Of a DNA stretch of 64,000 nucleotides, positions 1-8,429 are shown in pieces (the stretch's first letter is position 1; each line of letters starts with the position of its first letter). The position numbers and the translations under genes were made by a program. Origin of the DNA: an uncultured Acidobacteriota bacterium (lineage in GTDB: Bacteria; Acidobacteriota; Thermoanaerobaculia; UBA5066; Gp7-AA6); NCBI GenBank assembly GCA_963773905.1, contig CAVZDB010000008.1, forward strand, positions 147,869 to 211,868, given 5' to 3'. The notes beneath the pieces are model-generated. The model did no database searches. It saw only the letters and a program-made list of their open reading frames with translations, and was not told the origin of the DNA.

Positions 1-475
1 CGAGCTGGCCCTTCTCGAGCACGCTGATGCGCGGCGTGCCGAGCTCAGCGAGGTCCAGACGCAGCTCCCCGTTGTGACGGGTCAGGTACGCTTGGATTGC
101 GCTCCAGGTCCGGTCCTTGATGTCGGTTTCGCTCGCGCGGCCCAGGCCCTCCCAGCGGAGAGTGTTGCCCTTGCCCGTTCCCGGGATCATCGGCTCTCTC
201 AACACGAGGGAGGAGAAGCGTCCCACGCGGGAGTCGTAGAAGCCGAGGTCCCGCTGCGCGCCGAGCTTCGCGAGATCGCTCGCGACGGCCGACTGAAGCG
301 TCGACGAAAGCTCGGCGACCGTCTCCTGATGTTCGCGCACGAAGAGATCCGGATGGTGAAACTCTTTCTCCAACGCGGGCCGGTTCTCCGGAACGACGGC
401 CGCCTGGAGGGAAAGCACCGGAGCACCGAGGATGAGGCAGGCGAATACCAATGCCCTGGCCATGGTCCGTCTCAT
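1..475 (-). CDS. hypothetical secreted protein, 5' part only (gene runs off the left window edge)
   Basis: My own reverse-strand translation from ATG 475..473 gives MRRTMARALVFACLILGAPVLSLQAAVVPENRPALEKEFHHPDLF... and stays open to base 1. It is absent from the ORF track because it has no stop inside the window. The N-terminus looks like a signal peptide. A GAGGAGA Shine-Dalgarno (487..481) lies 5 nt upstream. Third codon positions are GC-rich. Confidence 0.6.
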   Translation of the reverse strand, partial: MRRTMARALVFACLILGAPVLSLQAAVVPENRPALEKEFHHPDLFVREHQETVAELSSTLQSAVASDLAKLGAQRDLGFYDSRVGRFSSLVLREPMIPGTGKGNTLRWEGLGRASETDIKDRTWSAIQAYLTRHNGELRLDLAELGTPRISVLEKGQL

Positions 476-684
476 TGGGATCTCCTCACGTTACAGAAAT
501 GGATCCGCAGCACGTTCGGCCCGATGCCGATGTGCGTCGGTCGAAAAAACGGAAAACCGTGGAACACGTGTGCGGGAATCTATCTGCTCCGAGGGACGGA
601 TTGCAATTTTTTTTCGACGGATGATCGGACGGCAGAGCCGATTCAGTTTTCCGGAAGCCCGCGGTGTCGCCTCTTAGAGAATCC

Positions 685-2878
685 TTAAGGAAGCAGTTTT
701 GCGAGCCGCGAATCCGCGCGCGCCCGTGCCCGAAGTTTCGGGTCGGCGTGCAGGGCGTCGGCGAGCGATTGCCGCGCCTGGAGATCATGTCCGGCGGCGG
801 CCTCGATCATCGCCAGATTCAGGCGCGCCTCTCCGTACTCCGGCTCCTCCGGCCGGCACGCCTCCAGGTACGGCCGCGCCTCGTCGGGCCGGCCGCCGTG
901 CGCGAGCAGGATTCCCAGGGCGCCGGCGTGATGGAAGTCACCGGGAGCGCGCATCCGCTCTTCCTCGCGCAGGTGCCGCACGGCGCCCTCGGCGTCTCCC
1001 GCACCGAACTCGGCGAAGGCCAGGCGCGCCAGGAGATCGGCGTCGCGGGGAGACCGCTCGACGGCGCGCGCCAGGGCCGCGGCCGCCTCCCGCTCCTTTC
1101 CGGCCCTCCCCAGGGCGGATCCCAGATTCGCCCAGGCCTCCGCGCGGCGCGGCTGCAGGCGGACCACTTCCTCCCACTGCGCGATCGACTCGCGCATGCG
1201 GCCCGATCGGCCGAGGGCGTCCGCCAGCGCCCAGCGCGCCTCGGGCTGATCGGGTCCGAGCCGCACGGCCTTCTCGAGCCGCGCGAGCGCGCGCAGGAGC
1301 TGGCCGAGCTCGAGCAGCGCGACGCCCGAGCGCTGGAGCGCAAAGCGGTTGTCGGGATCCTGCTCGAGCGCCGACTCGAATCGAATCGCCGCGGCGCGCG
1401 CCTCGCCCCGGCGCAGCAGCTCATCGCCCTGCGTCAGCAGCTCGCGGACCGCCGCGCCGTCCTTCGGGTCGCGCAGGCCTTGCGCGGGCGGCTCGGCCCC
1501 CGGCGTCGATCCGCCGAGGTATCCGAGCGAACGCAGGCGGGCCAGGGCCTCGGCGTCCGCTACGGGGGCAGCCGGGCGAGGCGGCCCCGCCGTCTGCTGC
1601 ACCTGACGCAGCAGGACCCCGAGGCGGCGCGCCTCCTCGGGGGAGTCCGCGAAGCGGTCGTGCCGCTCGCCCGGGTCCGCGCGCAGGTCGTAGAGCTCGG
1701 GGCGGGGTGCGTCGATGAGCTTCCAGCCCTCGGCCCGCATCGCCCGGAGGGGCGACCAGCCGTAGGACAGCCAGGGCTGGTAGGTCTCGACGTAGGCCGG
1801 CTCGGCCGCCGGAGGAGTCCCCGGCGCGCGGTCGCCGCGGAAGAGCGCCACGACGCTCCTTCCGTCCAGCTGCTCGGCGGCGGCTGCGTCCAGGGGGATC
1901 CGGAGGAGGTCGAGGATCGTGGGGGTCACGTCGATCAGGCGGACGCCCGCCGCGCTCGATCCGATAGGCACGCGGCCGGGGAAGCGCGTGGTCCCAGGAA
2001 AATGAAAGATGAGCGGCACGAGCACCGTGCTGTCGTACACGAAGAAGCCGTGCGTTCCCTCCCCGTGCTCGCCCAGCGATTCGCCGTGGTCGCCGGCGAA
2101 GACGGTCAGAGTCGCCATGCCCGTGGCGGCCTCCGCCGCGGCGGCCGCGCGGAGAAGCTCGCCGATCGCGGAATCCGCGTACGCCACCTCGCCGTCGTAG
2201 GACCCCGCGCGGGCCCGGACGGCGAAACTCCCGCGGAGGCTCGTAGGGATAGTGCGGGTCGTAGAGGTGGACCCACAGGAACCACGGGGCCCTCGCGGCC
2301 TTCGGATCGGCGAGCCACGCCTTCGCCGCGGCCACGGTGGCCGAGGCCTTGCGCTCGGGCTCGTCGCCCTTTCCGGAATCGAAGGCGTCGTCGTAGTGGG
2401 AGAAGCCGCGGTCGAGGCCGAAGGCGGAGTGCAGCGGGTAGCCCGAGACGAAGGCCGCGGTCGCGTAGCCCCGCGCGGCGAGCCGCTGCGCGAGGGTCGG
2501 CGGCTCCGCGGGAAGGAGCTGTCCGTTGTCCCGGAGACCGAGGGCGCGCGGGAGCATCCCGGTCATGAGCGCGCTGTGGGCGGGGAAGGTCAGCGGCACG
2601 GGCGAGACGGCCGACGGAAACGCGAAGCCTTCCCGCGCCAGCCCGTCGATCGCCGGGGTCGCGTTGGACCGGGAGACGAAACCCAGGGCATCGGGTCGGA
2701 GGGTGTCGAGCGTGATCAGGAGCAGGTTCGCGGCCTCTCGCGGAGCAGGGGACGGCGCGGGCTTCGCGGCTTCGGGTGCCTTCGTGCCATCGCCGGACTG
2801 CCGGCATCCCCCCGGAATCAGCCCGGCCGCGAGCACGGTGGCGAGCGCCGCGGCGTTCCGGGTCCTCTTCATCTTCAT
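685..2878 (-). pseudogene. sulfatase-family (alkaline phosphatase superfamily) lipoprotein with C-terminal TPR repeats; one frameshift
   Basis: The N-terminal part lies in the frame of track ORF 1421..5422 (MKMKRTRNAAALATVLAAGLIPGGC lipobox, LLITLDTLRPDALG, PLTFPAHSALMTG, WVHLYDPHYPYEPP). The C-terminal part is track ORF 685..2187 (GEVAYADSAIGELL, FAGDHGESLGEHGEGTHG, then TPR-like repeats). The two frames join as ...PPREF|AVRARAGSYDGEVAYADS if one base of the A3 run at 2225-2227 is removed. It is a full-length paralog of 2887..4800. Confidence 0.8.
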
Positions 2879-2886
2879 CGCGGCGC

Positions 2887-4800
2887 TCAGCGGGGCGGGA
2901 TTCCGCCTCCGGCGAGGGCGTCGGCCTCGGCGGCATGGCGCTCTGCCCGTGCCGCGTCTCCCATGCCCTTCTCGAGATCGGCCAGCCGGCGCAGGAGCGA
3001 CGCGCTGAGCGTTCCGGCAGCCTCGCACTGCTCGAGGACGCGGCGCTCGGCCGCGGGCCCTTCCCTGCGGCGCGCGATCTCGGCGAGGCCGGACCACGCC
3101 GGCGCGGACCGCGGGTTCAGCGCGAGCGTCGCCCGGTACTCCCGCTTCGCCTCCTCGACGCGGCCGAGCTCTGCGTAGGCCTGCGCGAGCCGCACGTGCA
3201 GGAAGTCGAGGCGCGGCGAGAGCTCGATCGCGCGCACGAGAGAGCGAAGTCCCTCGGCCGGCATCCCCGCCGCCAGCTGCGCGTCGCCGAGCCGCAGCAG
3301 GAAGGGGACGTTGTCGGGGCTGCGGCGCACGAGGCTGTCGAGCTTGCCGACCGCGTCCCGGGCGCGGCCCTCGCGCATCCACTGCCGGGCCTGGTCGAAC
3401 TCCGCGAGGAGCGCGATGCCGTCCTTGGGATCGAGGGCCCCGCTTCCCGACCTCCGCGGACTCGCCCCGGAGAGATAGCCCAGGCTCCGGAGCGACGCGG
3501 CGAGTTCGGGATCGGGCGCCGCGACGCCGGCGCCGCTCGCGCGAGAGGGCTCTCCGTCCAGGAATCGCCGCAGGAGCGCGGCCTCCGCCTTCCCCTCGCC
3601 GGACTGAACGAGGTTGCGCGTCTCGCCCGGGTCCGCGACGAGGTCGTAGAGCTCGGGTCGCGGAGCCTCGATGTACTTCCAGCGAGGACCCGTCTCGCTC
3701 CGCAGCGGGCTCCATCCGTAGGTGTCCGCCGGAAGGAATGTTTCGCTGTAGATCGGGCGCGCGTCCGCGCCCCCGGGAGGCGTCCCCGCCCGCGCCTCGG
3801 CCTCGGGGAGAGGGAGCCGCGACCCAAACCCCGTCGCGTCTCCGGCGAGGCCGAGCAGCGCGAGCAGCGTCGCGGGAAGCGCGCGGATCCCCGCCGGCTC
3901 GCGCACCACGGCGCCGGAGAGAACGCCGGGACCGGCGAGGATCAGCGGCACGGACAGGGCCGCCCGATAGAGCAGCACCCCGTGTTCCTTCTCGCCGTGC
4001 TCGCCCAGCATCTCGCCGTGGTCCCCGACGGCCGCCACGAGACGGCCGCCCGCGGCCTCCGGCAGCTCGCGCAGCAGGCGGCCGATCTGCGCGTCGACGT
4101 ACGCCACCTCGCCGGCATACCGCTTCGCGTCGGGCTTTCCGCTCCAGGTGCTCGGGTTTCCCGGCGGACGGTACGGCGCGTGTGCGTCGTAGTAGTGGAT
4201 CCAGAGGAAATAGGGGGCCGGCGACGCCCTGGGAAGCCCCGCCGCCCACGCGAGCGCCGCGTCGGTGACGGCGCGTGCGTCTCGCTCGGGATAGCCCTGC
4301 TCGCCGATGTTCTCCGCGACCATGCGGTCGTCGTAGGTCTGGAATCCCCGGCTCAGGCCGAAGCGGTGGTCCAGGACGCGCGAGGAGACGAACGCCGCGG
4401 TCGTGTAGCCGCGCGCGGCCAGCACCGAAGCGAGGGTCGGGATGTCCTCGCCGAGGATTCCGATGCCGTTGTCGCGGATGCCGTGCGCGGGAGGATCGAG
4501 CCCCGTCAGGAGAGCGCAGTGGGCCGGGAACGTGAGGGGCGCCGGCGAAACGGCGTCGGCGTAGCGCGTCCCCTTCGCCGCCAGCGCATCCAGGTTCGGC
4601 GTCAGCGGCTTGCCGTCCTCGACGCGTCCCACGTAGTCGGCGCGCGTCGTGTCGAGGGTGATCAGGAGGAGTGAGGGCCTGCGCTCCGGCGCGCCCGCGG
4701 CGCAAAGGGAGGGAACGAGCCAGAACAGGAGAGCCCGCCGGAGGTTGCGGCTCTGGCGCAGAGGAATCGATGGCATCGGCCGGAACGAGGAGGCTATCAC
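2887..4800 (-). CDS. sulfatase-family protein fused to C-terminal TPR repeats
   Basis: Track ORF of 637 aa. It has a signal-like N-terminus (LLFWLVPSLCAAG) and sulfatase motifs LLITLDTTRADYVG, PLTFPAHCALLTG, WIHYYDAHAPYRPP and VGDHGEMLGEHGEKEHG. The C-terminal half has TPR-like A/L/R-rich repeats. Its stop lies 9 nt upstream of the start of the paralog at 2878. Confidence 0.85.
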   Translation of the reverse strand: MIASSFRPMPSIPLRQSRNLRRALLFWLVPSLCAAGAPERRPSLLLITLDTTRADYVGRVEDGKPLTPNLDALAAKGTRYADAVSPAPLTFPAHCALLTGLDPPAHGIRDNGIGILGEDIPTLASVLAARGYTTAAFVSSRVLDHRFGLSRGFQTYDDRMVAENIGEQGYPERDARAVTDAALAWAAGLPRASPAPYFLWIHYYDAHAPYRPPGNPSTWSGKPDAKRYAGEVAYVDAQIGRLLRELPEAAGGRLVAAVGDHGEMLGEHGEKEHGVLLYRAALSVPLILAGPGVLSGAVVREPAGIRALPATLLALLGLAGDATGFGSRLPLPEAEARAGTPPGGADARPIYSETFLPADTYGWSPLRSETGPRWKYIEAPRPELYDLVADPGETRNLVQSGEGKAEAALLRRFLDGEPSRASGAGVAAPDPELAASLRSLGYLSGASPRRSGSGALDPKDGIALLAEFDQARQWMREGRARDAVGKLDSLVRRSPDNVPFLLRLGDAQLAAGMPAEGLRSLVRAIELSPRLDFLHVRLAQAYAELGRVEEAKREYRATLALNPRSAPAWSGLAEIARRREGPAAERRVLEQCEAAGTLSASLLRRLADLEKGMGDAARAERHAAEADALAGGGIPPR

Positions 4801-4859
4801 GCGGACCCGGCCTCGCCGGGCGCCTCGAAGCGGAGCGCGCCCGCCTGCTAGAATCGGTC

Positions 4860-6047
4860 GTGCGCAGTCCGGCGCTCATTTCCCTCGCCCTCCTCCTGGC
4901 CCTCCCGGTCCCGGCCGACGTCGTTTCCGAACAGGCGGCGAGCGCTCCCGCGACTCCAGCCGCCTCCGCCGCGGAACGCAGGGCCGACCTCGAGCGGCTC
5001 CAGCGCCGGATCGCCGTCTTGAAGAGCAAGCTCGCCGAGGGAGACAAGAAGACGGCCACGCTGACCGAGGAGCTCCAGCAGCTCGAGCTGCGGCTCGAGA
5101 TCGCGACTCGCGAAGGGGAGCTCGTGAAGGCCACGCGTGTCGAGTTCGCGGAGCGGCTCGCCTCCGTGACCGCGGAGAGGGCGGCGGCGGCCAACGCGGC
5201 GGCGCAGGCCCGGCAGGCCCTCCTGGCGCGCGCGCGGCTCCTCCACCGCTTCGGCCAGTTCGGATATTTCCGCGTGCTCCTCGAGGCCCACGACCTGCCG
5301 GCGTTCATGAGCTCGATCGAGCGGCTCGACAGTCTCGCGCGCCGGGACGGGCGCCTCCTCAGGCAGCACCGCGACGCGGAGGCACGCCTCCAGACCGATC
5401 TCCTGCATGAGCAGGCGCTCAAGGCGGAGATCGACCGGCTCTACGCGCGCAGCCGGCAGGAGGAGGTGCACGCCGCGGCGCTCAAGCTCGAGCGCGAGCA
5501 TCTCCTCGCGCGCGAGCGCACCGATTCCCAGTCGCGGCGCCGCGAGATGTCCGCCCTCACCGACAAGGCCTCGCGGCTCGAGCGGCTGCTCGAGACGTTG
5601 GCGAAGCAGTCCGGCCAGAGCGACGAGCCGATCGGTCCCTCCGGAGGCATCCGGCCGTGGAAGGGAGTGCTGGACTGGCCGGCGAAGGGGACGATCGTCG
5701 AGACCTTCGGCCGTCATCGCCATCCCAAGTTCGACACCTGGACCGTCTCGAACGGCGTCGCGCTCGCCGTGCCGCTCGGGACCCCCGTCCACGCGGTTTA
5801 CGCGGGAAAGGCGGTCTACGCGCAGTGGCTGGCCGAGTACGGCAACCTCGTCATCCTGGACCACGGCGACGGCATGCTGTCGCTCTACGCATGGCTCCAG
5901 GGAGTCTCGGTGAAGCCCGGCGAGCAGGTCGCGGTCGGCGCGCCGATCGGTGTGGCGGGCTACGGCCCCGGCCGGGACGAGCCGGGTCTCTACTTCGAGG
6001 TGCGGGACCGGCAGAAGGCCACCGATCCGATCGCATGGCTTCGGTAG
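4860..6047 (+). CDS. murein hydrolase activator EnvC-like protein (coiled coil + degenerate LytM/M23 domain)
   Basis: Track ORF 4671..6047. I prefer the in-frame GTG at 4860 (V RSPALISLALLLALPVPA signal peptide) because 4671 would overlap the divergent sulfatase gene by 130 nt. The protein has a long coiled coil (LQRRIAVLKSKLAEGDKK..., ELQQLELRLE). The C-terminal M23-like domain (GNLVILDHGDGMLSLYAWL, GLYFEVR) lacks the HxxxD and HxH metal ligands, as in EnvC. Confidence 0.75.
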   Translation: MRSPALISLALLLALPVPADVVSEQAASAPATPAASAAERRADLERLQRRIAVLKSKLAEGDKKTATLTEELQQLELRLEIATREGELVKATRVEFAERLASVTAERAAAANAAAQARQALLARARLLHRFGQFGYFRVLLEAHDLPAFMSSIERLDSLARRDGRLLRQHRDAEARLQTDLLHEQALKAEIDRLYARSRQEEVHAAALKLEREHLLARERTDSQSRRREMSALTDKASRLERLLETLAKQSGQSDEPIGPSGGIRPWKGVLDWPAKGTIVETFGRHRHPKFDTWTVSNGVALAVPLGTPVHAVYAGKAVYAQWLAEYGNLVILDHGDGMLSLYAWLQGVSVKPGEQVAVGAPIGVAGYGPGRDEPGLYFEVRDRQKATDPIAWLR

Positions 6048-6050
6048 GAG

Positions 6051-6118
6051 GGTCGTAGGTCATAGGAGGTAGCGGAAGTCTCGTGGGGCCCATCACCTAC
6101 GACCCATGACCTACGACC
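6051..6118. repeat. heptamer-periodic palindromic intergenic element (GGTCGTA/GGTCATA words and their complement)
   Basis: The left arm is ggtcgta|ggtcata|ggaggta (6051-6071). The right arm is cctacga|cccatga|cctacga|cc (about 6096-6118), the reverse complement of the left words. The element is low-GC relative to its surroundings and sits just after the envC-like stop at 6045-6047. Confidence 0.8.
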
Positions 6119-6171
6119 TCTCAGAGAAACCGGGAAGCTATCCGCGGGCGGCGGATGTTACGATCCCCGTG

Positions 6172-7332
6172 ATGAAATCCAACCGTTCCCGCGTTCTGTT
6201 CGTCGTGGTTTCGATCTGCGCCCTGGCCTCCCTCCGGGCGGTCACCGGTCCCGAGGGTTCGGGGAAGGACCCCGCGACGCAGGCCCTGTCGATCTTCTCG
6301 GAGGTCTTCTCCCTGACGCGGAACAACTACGTCGAGCAGATCGAGTCGAAGACGCTTCTCGAGGGCGCATACGACGGGATGTCGGACGCCCTGGATCCCT
6401 TCTCCTACTACGTGCCGGCCGCCTCGATGGCGGCCTACAAGGCGCAGCAGGCCTCCGGCGTCGTGAGCGCGGGAATCGTGTTCGCGCGCCGCGCGGGATA
6501 TCCCTACGTCGTGGCGCCGCTGCCGGGATCGCCGGCGCAGAAGGCGGGCGTGCAGCCGGGCGATCTGATCGACTCCGTGGACGGCAAGACCCTCCGCAAC
6601 GCTCCGTTCTGGCAGGTCCAGGCCGCGCTCGACGGGCCCGAGGGCTCCTCCTGCGAGATCGGGCTGTTCCGCGGCGGGGACGAGAAGAAGCTGACGATCT
6701 CGGTGCAGCGGACCAAGTTCGAGCCGCCGGCTCCCTCCACGAAGTGGGAGCGCGACGTGGCCATCCTCAAGATCCCGGCGTTCAACGCCGCGGCCGTCGC
6801 GGCGGTCCGCAAGGACCTCGAAGAGGCGCAGCGGCGCCAGATCGGGAAGGTCATCGTCGACCTGCGCGACGCGATCGGCGGCGACGTCGCCGACGCCGTG
6901 CCCATGGCCGCGCTCTTCGTCGGGAAGGGAACGATCGCGACCGTGGTCGCGCGCAAGGTCGCGGCGCGCCCGCTCGAGACGCAGACCGACCCCGTCTGGA
7001 AGGGAAAGACGGTCGTACTCATCGACGACTCGACCGGCGGCCCGGCGGAGGTCTTCGCCGCGGCGCTCCACGATCGCGCGAACGCCTCGACGGTGGGCGA
7101 GACGACGGTCGGCATGGCCATCATCCAGAAGTCCGTTCCGACCGCGGAGGGCGGCAGCCTCTACATGACGGTCGGACGCTACGTCTCTCCCGCGGGCCAC
7201 GTGCTGGGCGGCAAGGGCCTCGCCCCCGACGAGCGCGTGGTGGTCTTCCCGGGAGAAAGCGACAGCGACCGCATCCTGGACCGCGCCCTCGAGCTGGTTC
7301 GCGCCGAGACGCCCGCCCGCAAGGCGGCCTGA
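6172..7332 (+). CDS. S41 (C-terminal processing peptidase, Ctp/Prc) family protein with PDZ domain; catalytic dyad apparently degenerate
   Basis: Track ORF 6106..7332. The ATG at 6106 lies inside the repeat, so I prefer ATG 6172 (MKSNRSRVLFVVVSICALASL signal). PDZ motif: GSPAQKAGVQPGDLIDSVDG. S41 core: KTVVLIDDSTGGPAEVFAAAL and GETTVGMAIIQ, where canonical enzymes have GSASASE and TFGKG. Confidence 0.75.
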   Translation: MKSNRSRVLFVVVSICALASLRAVTGPEGSGKDPATQALSIFSEVFSLTRNNYVEQIESKTLLEGAYDGMSDALDPFSYYVPAASMAAYKAQQASGVVSAGIVFARRAGYPYVVAPLPGSPAQKAGVQPGDLIDSVDGKTLRNAPFWQVQAALDGPEGSSCEIGLFRGGDEKKLTISVQRTKFEPPAPSTKWERDVAILKIPAFNAAAVAAVRKDLEEAQRRQIGKVIVDLRDAIGGDVADAVPMAALFVGKGTIATVVARKVAARPLETQTDPVWKGKTVVLIDDSTGGPAEVFAAALHDRANASTVGETTVGMAIIQKSVPTAEGGSLYMTVGRYVSPAGHVLGGKGLAPDERVVVFPGESDSDRILDRALELVRAETPARKAA

Positions 7333-7337
7333 GCGAT

Positions 7338-7395
7338 CCTCAGTGATCCGATTTCAGTCTTCAGTTCCGAGACTGAGAACTGAGGACTGAGAACT
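7338..7395. repeat. heptamer-periodic palindromic element (CAGT / ACTG words), copy 1
   Basis: Sequence: cctcagt gatccgat tcagtct tcagttc cgag actgaga actgagg actgaga act. The arms are reverse complements with a few mismatches. It lies between the S41-like stop (7330-7332) and the TTG start at 7400. Related copy at 35413-35464. Confidence 0.8.
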
Positions 7396-7399
7396 TCCG

Positions 7400-8296
7400 T
7401 TGACCCGCCGCGGCCGGCGCATCTCCCGCGCCACCGTCTTCTTCGCGCTCCTCTCCCTCGTCCTCGCCGCGGTGCTGCTCTGGAAGTCCTGTCCGCCGGG
7501 GCCGCCCGTTCCTCCCGTCCGGCCGACGGCGCGTCCCACGGCCGCGAAGACGCCGCGCGCGACGCCCGCACGGCCGACTCCGAGCCGGGCGCCCACGCAC
7601 ACTCCGCTCGGTTCCGTCACGGGGGTTCCCCGGATCGCGCTCGTCATCGACGATCTGGGCAACGAGCTCGCGCCGGCCCAGCGGATCGCCGCGTGGCCGA
7701 GGCCCGTGGCGGGCGCCGTGCTCCCGGGGCTGCGGTGGAGCGCGGACTCGGCGCGCGCCCTGACGCGCGGGGGCCACGAGGTGCTGCTCCACCTGCCGAT
7801 GGAGCCCGAGGGGTATCCGAATCCGCGGGTGCGGCCCGGTCCGGGGCTGATCCTGCGGTCGCAGTCCGACGCCCAGATCGCGGACACGATCTCCTCGGAC
7901 CTCGAGACCGTGCCGGGCGCCGTGGGCGTCAACAACCACATGGGCTCGGCGGCCACCGCGGATCCGCGCGTCATGCGCGCCGTCGTGAAGCTCCTCTCGG
8001 AGCGAGGCCTGTTCCTCCTGGACAGCCGGACCACGGACGCGACCGTCGCGGAGCGCACCGCCGCGGAGGCCTCGGTGCCGACCGTGGCGCGCCGCGTCTT
8101 CCTCGACGACGTCGCGACCGCCGACGCGGTCCGCGCGCAGCTCGTGCAGCTGCTCCGGCGCGCGCGGCAGGACGGCTCCGCCGTCGCGATCGGACATCCG
8201 TACGGCGTCACGCTGAGCGTGCTCGAGACAGAGTTGCCCGAGTTGGAGCGAAGAGAAGGAGTGAGGTTGGTGAAAGTGAGCGAGCTGGCGAAGTGA
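7400..8296 (+). CDS. divergent polysaccharide deacetylase family protein (YibQ-like)
   Basis: Track ORF of 298 aa with an N-terminal TM segment. Motifs: PRIALVIDDLGNE, HEVLLHLPMEPEGYP, VGVNNHMGSAATAD, GLFLLDSRTT. The envC-ctp-yibQ-type neighbourhood supports the call. Confidence 0.8.
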   Translation: MTRRGRRISRATVFFALLSLVLAAVLLWKSCPPGPPVPPVRPTARPTAAKTPRATPARPTPSRAPTHTPLGSVTGVPRIALVIDDLGNELAPAQRIAAWPRPVAGAVLPGLRWSADSARALTRGGHEVLLHLPMEPEGYPNPRVRPGPGLILRSQSDAQIADTISSDLETVPGAVGVNNHMGSAATADPRVMRAVVKLLSERGLFLLDSRTTDATVAERTAAEASVPTVARRVFLDDVATADAVRAQLVQLLRRARQDGSAVAIGHPYGVTLSVLETELPELERREGVRLVKVSELAK

Positions 8297-8322
8297 CTTT
8301 GTGCGGCGCGAATCGCCGCACT

Positions 8323-8419
8323 GTCATCCCGAGGAGCGTAGCGAGGAGGGATCCCGCGGTTTCCTGCCGGGTTTGATTGCGGGATCCCTCCCCCTCGCTC
8401 TGCTCGGGGTCGGGATGAC
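8323..8419. repeat. REP-like inverted pair of GTCATCCCGAG...GGGATCCC units, copy 1
   Basis: The left unit is gtcatcccgaggagcgtagcgaggagggatcccgc (8323-8357). The right unit is gcgggatccctccccctcgctctgctcggggtcgggatgac (8379-8419), an inverted copy. A separate 8-bp hairpin gtgcggcg/cgccgcac (8301-8321) precedes it, right after the yibQ-like stop. Confidence 0.85.
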
Positions 8420-8429
8420 GGGCGACAGG

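Noticed and set aside
74-688. Plus-strand ORF 74..688 (204 aa) at the left edge.
   Set aside because: It overlaps the better-supported minus-strand gene (signal peptide, Shine-Dalgarno, GC-rich third positions) and continues through an AT-rich intergenic stretch. Its composition is not protein-like.
1421-5422. Very long ORFs in the track: 1421..5422 minus (1333 aa), 51167..54844 minus (1225 aa), 55641..59060 minus (1139 aa), 17941..21309 minus beyond 19611, and 664..2568, 41234..43858, 26368..28074 and 24894..26495 plus.
   Set aside because: They are Arg/Pro/Gly/Ala-rich, low-complexity translations on the opposite strand or in alternative frames of genes with clear conserved motifs. In about 70% GC DNA, stop codons are rare in wrong frames. 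Only the embedded in-frame segments noted in the features are real (the sulfatase N-terminus, the VWA gene and the kinase N-terminus).
6106-6171. Upstream start codons that extend real genes into repeats: 6106 for the S41-like gene, 9251 for mazG, 29413 for the second GcvT-like gene, 37998 for the PHP gene and 4671 for the envC-like gene.
   Set aside because: The extensions are translations of the heptamer, REP or tandem repeats, or they overlap a divergent gene. Internal starts give canonical N-termini or signal peptides, usually with a GGAGG-type site.
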